From the NCBI GenBank assembly GCA_002269645.1, contig NIVC01004193.1, positions 1 through 55,845 on the forward strand: a stretch of 55,845 nucleotides of DNA. The letters run 5' to 3'. Below are positions 50,512 to 55,845 of this stretch, in pieces. The notes beneath the pieces are model-generated. The model ran no database searches and was not told the DNA's origin. It saw only the letters and a program-made list of their open reading frames with translations. A program made the position numbers and the translations under genes. The stretch is from Macrostomum lignano. Taxonomy: Eukaryota. Positions within the stretch are counted from its first letter, which is position 1; each line of letters begins with the position of its first letter.

Positions 50512-50782
50512 CTGGGGCGCCAGCACCAGGGGCGCCAGCACCAGGGGCGCCAGCACCAGGGGCGCCAGCACCAGGGGCGCCAGCACCAGGGGCGCCAGCA
50601 CCAGGGGCGCCAGCACCAGGGGCGCCAGCACCAGGGGCGCCAGCACCAGGGGCGCCAGCACCAGGGGCGCCAGCACCAGGGGCGCCAGCACCAGGGGCGC
50701 CAGCACCAGGGGCGCCAGCACCAGGGGCGCCAGCACCAGGGGCGCCAGCACCAGGGGCGCCAGCACCAGGGGCGCCAGCACC
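50512..50782. repeat. Perfect 15-bp tandem repeat (GGGGCGCCAGCACCA), about 18 copies
   Basis: Exact 15-nt period with high GC in an AT-rich context. Confidence 0.97.
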
Positions 50783-51757
50783 GGAATTACCAATCGTATC
50801 ACATCCTCTGTGCCAGGTGAGCCAACGCCTGGGGAGAGGTTGTCGATACTGTACAAGCTTCAAAAAAAACACGAGCAGATAAATTCGCAGAATCAACTCT
50901 CGACAATCTTTATTCTAAGAGTTCCGGTTGCTCGCGCGGAGACCCGCAATTCGTGCGCAAAATGTTGCATGTTGTTTTCTTCGTGTGTTGTTTTAAATTC
51001 AATAGAGCCAATTTTCCATATGCAGTACAGTTGTTAAATCGGAGAAATAGGTCGCTTTAGTGTACACTTTAAACTGAAAATAGAGAATATTATTACATTT
51101 TAAACTCTTTAAAATGTAATAAAGTCTAAGCTATAGCCATATGTAATCATTTCAATTTTAATTACGAGAGTAGCCGCTCTTAACTCTTTATTTAAGAGCC
51201 AAAGAACCAATAGCGATAATTTAGAGACGCAAAACTTGCGTCATTAACTAATTGGCTAGCTATATATGAGTTGAAACAGTAAGAAACAGTGCTAAACTAA
51301 TTTTTGCACTACTAACAGTAAAAATATCAGAGTATATTTCCGTTTAAAAAGTTGTTCTTTTAAATTTAATCACACATGTCGTTAAAGAGATTGAATAAAA
51401 ACGATTTTTTAATGCAGGGGATTAGCTATTATGCGTCAGAATTTTGCATACGTGAATAAGTTTAATATAAAACATTGTTTAAAATTTATCAAATCCAATT
51501 AAACACACGATCGCTACGACACAGCTTCGGTACTCAAACGAGTAATCAACTTGTATTGAAAAGCTATATAATAAAATCTGAAAGAATATTTCACCATATA
51601 GTTCTGCAAATCGAGTTGTACATTAGATACAATTTTAGAAAATCGTCAAAAGAAATTTTGATTTGATTACTGGACAAAGTGCAATAAAAGATTTCAACCC
51701 GTCATGATAGGTCGTATAAACAAAATTATAGAGTTTTACTGCTTTGTCAGAGTTTCT

Positions 51758-54129
51758 TTAAGAGTTGCAGACTTTCTCAGAGAGAAAGGCAAACATGGCC
51801 ATAGCGAATACGGCAACCTCGCTGGCAGCGGATTTCAACGAAGACGCGGCTTCCGGCATTGTGAATGTGAGCGACACTGGAAGGAACGACAAGGATGATC
51901 CGATGTCGAAGTCGGTCGAGTAGAAGCACAGGCTGTCCTGCCGACAGTCCGACTGACCCAGCGCGGCGATCGGTTCTCCGTGACGCTCCTTGTCCAGCTT
52001 CAGGTTGGCGATGTTCGAGCCAGTCCGATAGCGGAAGTTGTACACCGGAATGAGTCGCTTCCTCTTCACGAGCTCCTTCGCCACATCCGGGCTGCTCACG
52101 GGGTAGATTTTGTAAGCGAGTCGCTGCGGCGCATTCGTCGTCGAGATCTCCGACGCGTTGTTGAACAGAATCTTGACATTGTCGAGCAGGTCATTGTCCA
52201 GTCGAAGGTAGGATTCGACATCCACTCCGACTCTCGTCAGGTAGGCCATGAACTCGTCCGTGAGACTGAACTCGAAAAACGCACCCTTGCTGAATCCGCA
52301 GCCCTGCACTGAGCAGTTGTTGTTCGGGTTGAGCACGAACTGTTTGCGAGTGAGTCTCGGAATGAACACGACGTCACCGCCGCTCTGAACTTTGTAGGTC
52401 GGCATTCCGACCATCATAGACTCGGAGCGATCGATGGACACGTCGCACACAAATCTGTGAGAGAAGTTTGTGCCGTACGTTGTGTACACTGGCGGAACAC
52501 GGCGAACCGTAGCAGTCAAGCGCTTTGAGTCTTTTCCTGCCGAAGTCGCGTTCAGGAAGAAGTTGGAACCATCTGTGTTGACCTTGGATCGGAACTCGTC
52601 AAGGGTCATCTTTGTCCAAGATTGGGACCCTCCGACCGTCTCTACAAAATAGAACACTGGCTCGATCTTGACGGTTTCCAGACTGGCAAAGTTTACGATG
52701 CAGCTGTAGGAAACGTACTCGTCCTCGATGGCGTACACTTTTGGTGGCAACAGACCTGTAATCTTGGCGTGACTGTCGGAGACGAAGGTCTCAGTCTGGA
52801 ACTGCGGAAGAGAAATTACCTTCACTTTGAAGCTGAAGCTCTTTGACCCGGCTTCGCACCTGTAGACACCTGAGTGACGGTTACTCAGTGTGTGCGGAAA
52901 CTCGACAATGTTCCCTGTCCTAGAAATTCGTAAGCCGTCCACGTAGGTCCATTCATCTCCAGACCCGACCATCTGAACGTCGTTGCGGTAGAAGCGAAAC
53001 ACCTCCGTTTTATCGTTGCAGATGATCGGGCACACGATGGCTGTAAAATCCATGCCAGACAAGATAGTCACGTTCGGACTGATGCCAGGGACCACTTCGC
53101 AGGTCTTGTCAGACGAGACACAGGTGGAGTAGGAGGTACGCTAATTGGAACTCGCTGTTCCACAGCTTCAGTGTTTTGGTACGGTTCAACTTCACCAGAG
53201 AACGACACAATCGAACAGATTCCAATAGATGTTGCAGGCTTTTTCTCATCATAAAATCGTTTGACTTCATTTCTGAGTCCGCAAGCAGAGTACCACAGCT
53301 TTCCATCATCAATGTTTAGTTTCATGAGCTTCTGGAAGTTCTGGTTATCGTCATCGAGCTTGGAATTATAGTTCACAAACATGATGGACTTTCCCATTTG
53401 GAATGTCAAGCAGGAGCCAGCATCAAAGTACAGAATTGAGCCGAGGTTCATCTTTGCCTTGAAAAAGTCGGGAGCCTCCTTGAGAACTCGGCTGATTGCC
53501 GGCTCTAGAAACTGTATACTGTCGAATCCAGAGGTAGCCGTGGACGTTTTTTTCATGTAATTCACGGCTGCATCGGTTAGGAACCTCTTTTTGTAAGAGG
53601 TGCTCGTTGATGCCGAGCTGAAGCTGCTGATTGCGTCCAAACTCCAGACAAACAGCCGGTTGGACACTAATTCTCCAGTCGCATATTCAATTTTTATAAA
53701 GAACTCGATGCGCTCTCGGAACACCTCTGTGTAGCTCAGCTTTGAAGACCCCATCGCAAGCTGGAAGTCCGTGTCGTCTACCGATTTTAGTGCCGACACC
53801 TGGAAGGAGATGGTGCTCGAGCACCTGTCTGTGGTCGATGTGGTGGCCAGTGAGCTGAGATCGATGCTTTCTTCTGCAGTGTTTTTTGGACACTTGTAGA
53901 AGAGCATTCGCTTCATACCGCCACCAGTGTCACCGGAAACCTTCACTCGAATGATGATCTTCTTGTCTTTGCTAAGGATGGCGAGCATGTTAGAACCGCC
54001 CACCTCCCAGCGGTCATCCCAGGTCAGCATGATCTTTCTTGACGTTGAGTAGTCAAAGCGAGGCATTCCCTGGCTGGCCAGCGTCAGCGCTGTTGCAGCC
54101 ACAATAATTAGAAACAGTCGAGCTAACAT
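51758..54129 (-). pseudogene. Inverted paralog of the Ig-domain protein: no TM/cytoplasmic tail, short hydrophobic C-terminus, 1-bp deletion at 53138/53139
   Basis: Near-identical to 44975-47174 over about 2.2 kb. It has its own signal peptide, MLARLFLIIVAATALTLASQG. AGCGATACC has become AGCGTACC, splitting the ORF into 54204-53068 and 53095-51758. It ends EVAVFAMAMFAFLSEKVCNS*. Confidence 0.8.
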
Positions 54130-54585
54130 TTTCTTTGCAATGCCGCTAATTTCGTGCTGTGGTACTTCGTCTGTTTTAAACAATTTAGCCAATTTATTTA
54201 TCACCCTTATATATCACAAATTTGTAACGACTTTACACTTATAGATTTTTTCAATATCACAACGAAATATTTCATTGCTTAAGCGATGCATATTTTTTTG
54301 AAAAGCGCCATTAGTATTGGTTATCAGAACACTGCCGAACAGTGCGGAGATAGGAGAGCGAGCGTACGGGGCGATCGGGGTAGGGATGCATGCAAGGCAG
54401 AGCGTGGGGTCGGTTGAACTGGAGAAATTGGAGAGGCCCAGCGCGCAATGTACTGTGCGAGTGTGTTGGTCAGGTTGAAGATTAGCAGCACCCTGCCGAA
54501 TTTGCTAGTTTGTTGGTGGTTAACTGTTTACCATGTGTGTGCTTTGTTTTGATTGATAAAGATTATCATAATGGTTAGTTATATA

Positions 54586-54666
54586 CACGGTTTCAGAGAT
54601 AATGATCAATTGTCACGAGTGGCGAGCTACGAGTGACTTTGATCATTATCTACCTATGAAACCGTA
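54586..54666. mobile_element. Tiny hairpin element (Tc1/mariner-type mini-MITE or other stem-loop)
   Basis: CACGGTTTCA.GATAATGATCAA pairs with TTGATCATTATC...TGAAACCGTA, with TA on both sides. Confidence 0.45.
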
Positions 54667-54734
54667 TACATAATATTATTGTCACATGATTTCGCAGTAA
54701 AAGTGTGTTGAATAATTAATCTGTCATTATCAAA

Positions 54735-55223
54735 CGTTTGATAGTGAATTCTTAAATTTGGACTATGATATGAGACAAAATCGTTAGATAATGAATTCTT
54801 AAATTTGGACTATGATATGAGACAAAATCGTTAGATAATTAATGCTTAAATTTAGACTATGATATGAGACAAAATCGTTTGATAATGAATGCTTAAATTT
54901 GGACTATGATATGAGACAAAATCGTTTAATAATGAATTCTTAAATTTGGACTATGATATGAGACAAAATCGTTAGATAATGAATTCTTAAATTTGGACTA
55001 TGATATGAGACAAAATCGTTTGATAATGAATTCTTAAATTTGGACTATGATATGAGACAAAATCGTTAGATAATGAATGCTTAAATTTGGACTATGATAT
55101 GAGACAAAATCGTTAGATAATGAATGCTTAAATTTGGACTATGATATGAGACAAAATCGTTAGATAATGAATTCTTAAATTTGGACTATGATATGAGACA
55201 AAATCGTTAGATAATGAATGCAT
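54735..55223. repeat. 47-bp tandem repeat (TTAGATAATGAATTCTTAAATTTGGACTATGATATGAGACAAAATCG), about 10 copies
   Basis: AAAATCG ends recur at 54783, 54830 and onward at 47-nt spacing. Confidence 0.95.
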
Positions 55224-55845
55224 TACCTTTAATAAGATAATGAAACAAAGAGTGTGACAATTAAACAGAGTATCAGGATAACTGCTTTAACTTACGTGTT
55301 AGCATTGAAAAGAATAAACTGATCAGGGTTCTACATTAATCTAATACCATAGTTCCAACAAGCAGCTATATCAAACACCTACGCCACTCCTCTCCGATAA
55401 TATATAAGGGGGGCAGTTTCTCTGATGCTTAGCTAAACGACTTCAGCTATTCTGATCAATATCTAAATAACTCTTAAGGCATCGCTTCTTCGCTATTCGG
55501 CGTTTTTTGTCCAACTGAAGGAGGCTTGAAGCCCGGCATCCCTGGCTTCAATTTGAATCTCTACCAATGGGAGAAACTGAAGCAGCTCAAACGACATCTC
55601 GTACATTCTCGAATCGTCTTTGCCACCGAAGGCAAAGACGATTTCGAAGTTGCATGAAAAGCTGCGTCTGCATCAAGCAGGTCTCGTCCTAAGAGACCAA
55701 AAGGCTTCTCAGATGAAACGACAATAACCTCCGCAGGTTGCAGCCGCGCCTCTCATTTCGACGGTCGCGGAAAGCTTCCCGAGCGTTTTCATTGTGTGTC
55801 CCTCATAGGCCTCGAGCTTGCTGATGACATGCAGTAAGAATAGGA

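Overview
Eukaryotic (metazoan) genomic DNA with compact spliceosomal genes and dense repeats. The gene style suggests a free-living flatworm such as Macrostomum, but this is inference only. Genes in order: an HMX/NK5 homeobox gene with an in-frame poly-Gln extension behind its UGA; a small orphan membrane ORF; a 4-exon DEG/ENaC channel gene frameshifted by a 5-bp duplication; RNA polymerase subunit RPB10; and a putative 4-TM protein. Next come two tandem ABCA5/6-like transporters whose nucleotide-binding domains and intron 1 are near-identical while their membrane and extracellular parts are strongly diverged. Last is an inverted pair of Ig-domain surface-protein genes: one has a TM helix and an L1CAM/neuroglian-like tail, the other has a short hydrophobic (GPI-like) tail and a 1-bp frameshift. 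Mobile DNA includes three copies of a tRNA-derived CORE-like SINE, decayed LINE and Gypsy RT fragments, two Mutator-type MITEs, a 2.2-kb TG..CA element with a 4-bp TSD, a 2.8-kb foldback element with 151-bp internal repeats, and many tandem arrays (15, 20, 21, 23, 24, 42, 47 and about 180 bp). No rRNA, true tRNA or CRISPR array was seen. All exon models and alignments were done by eye.
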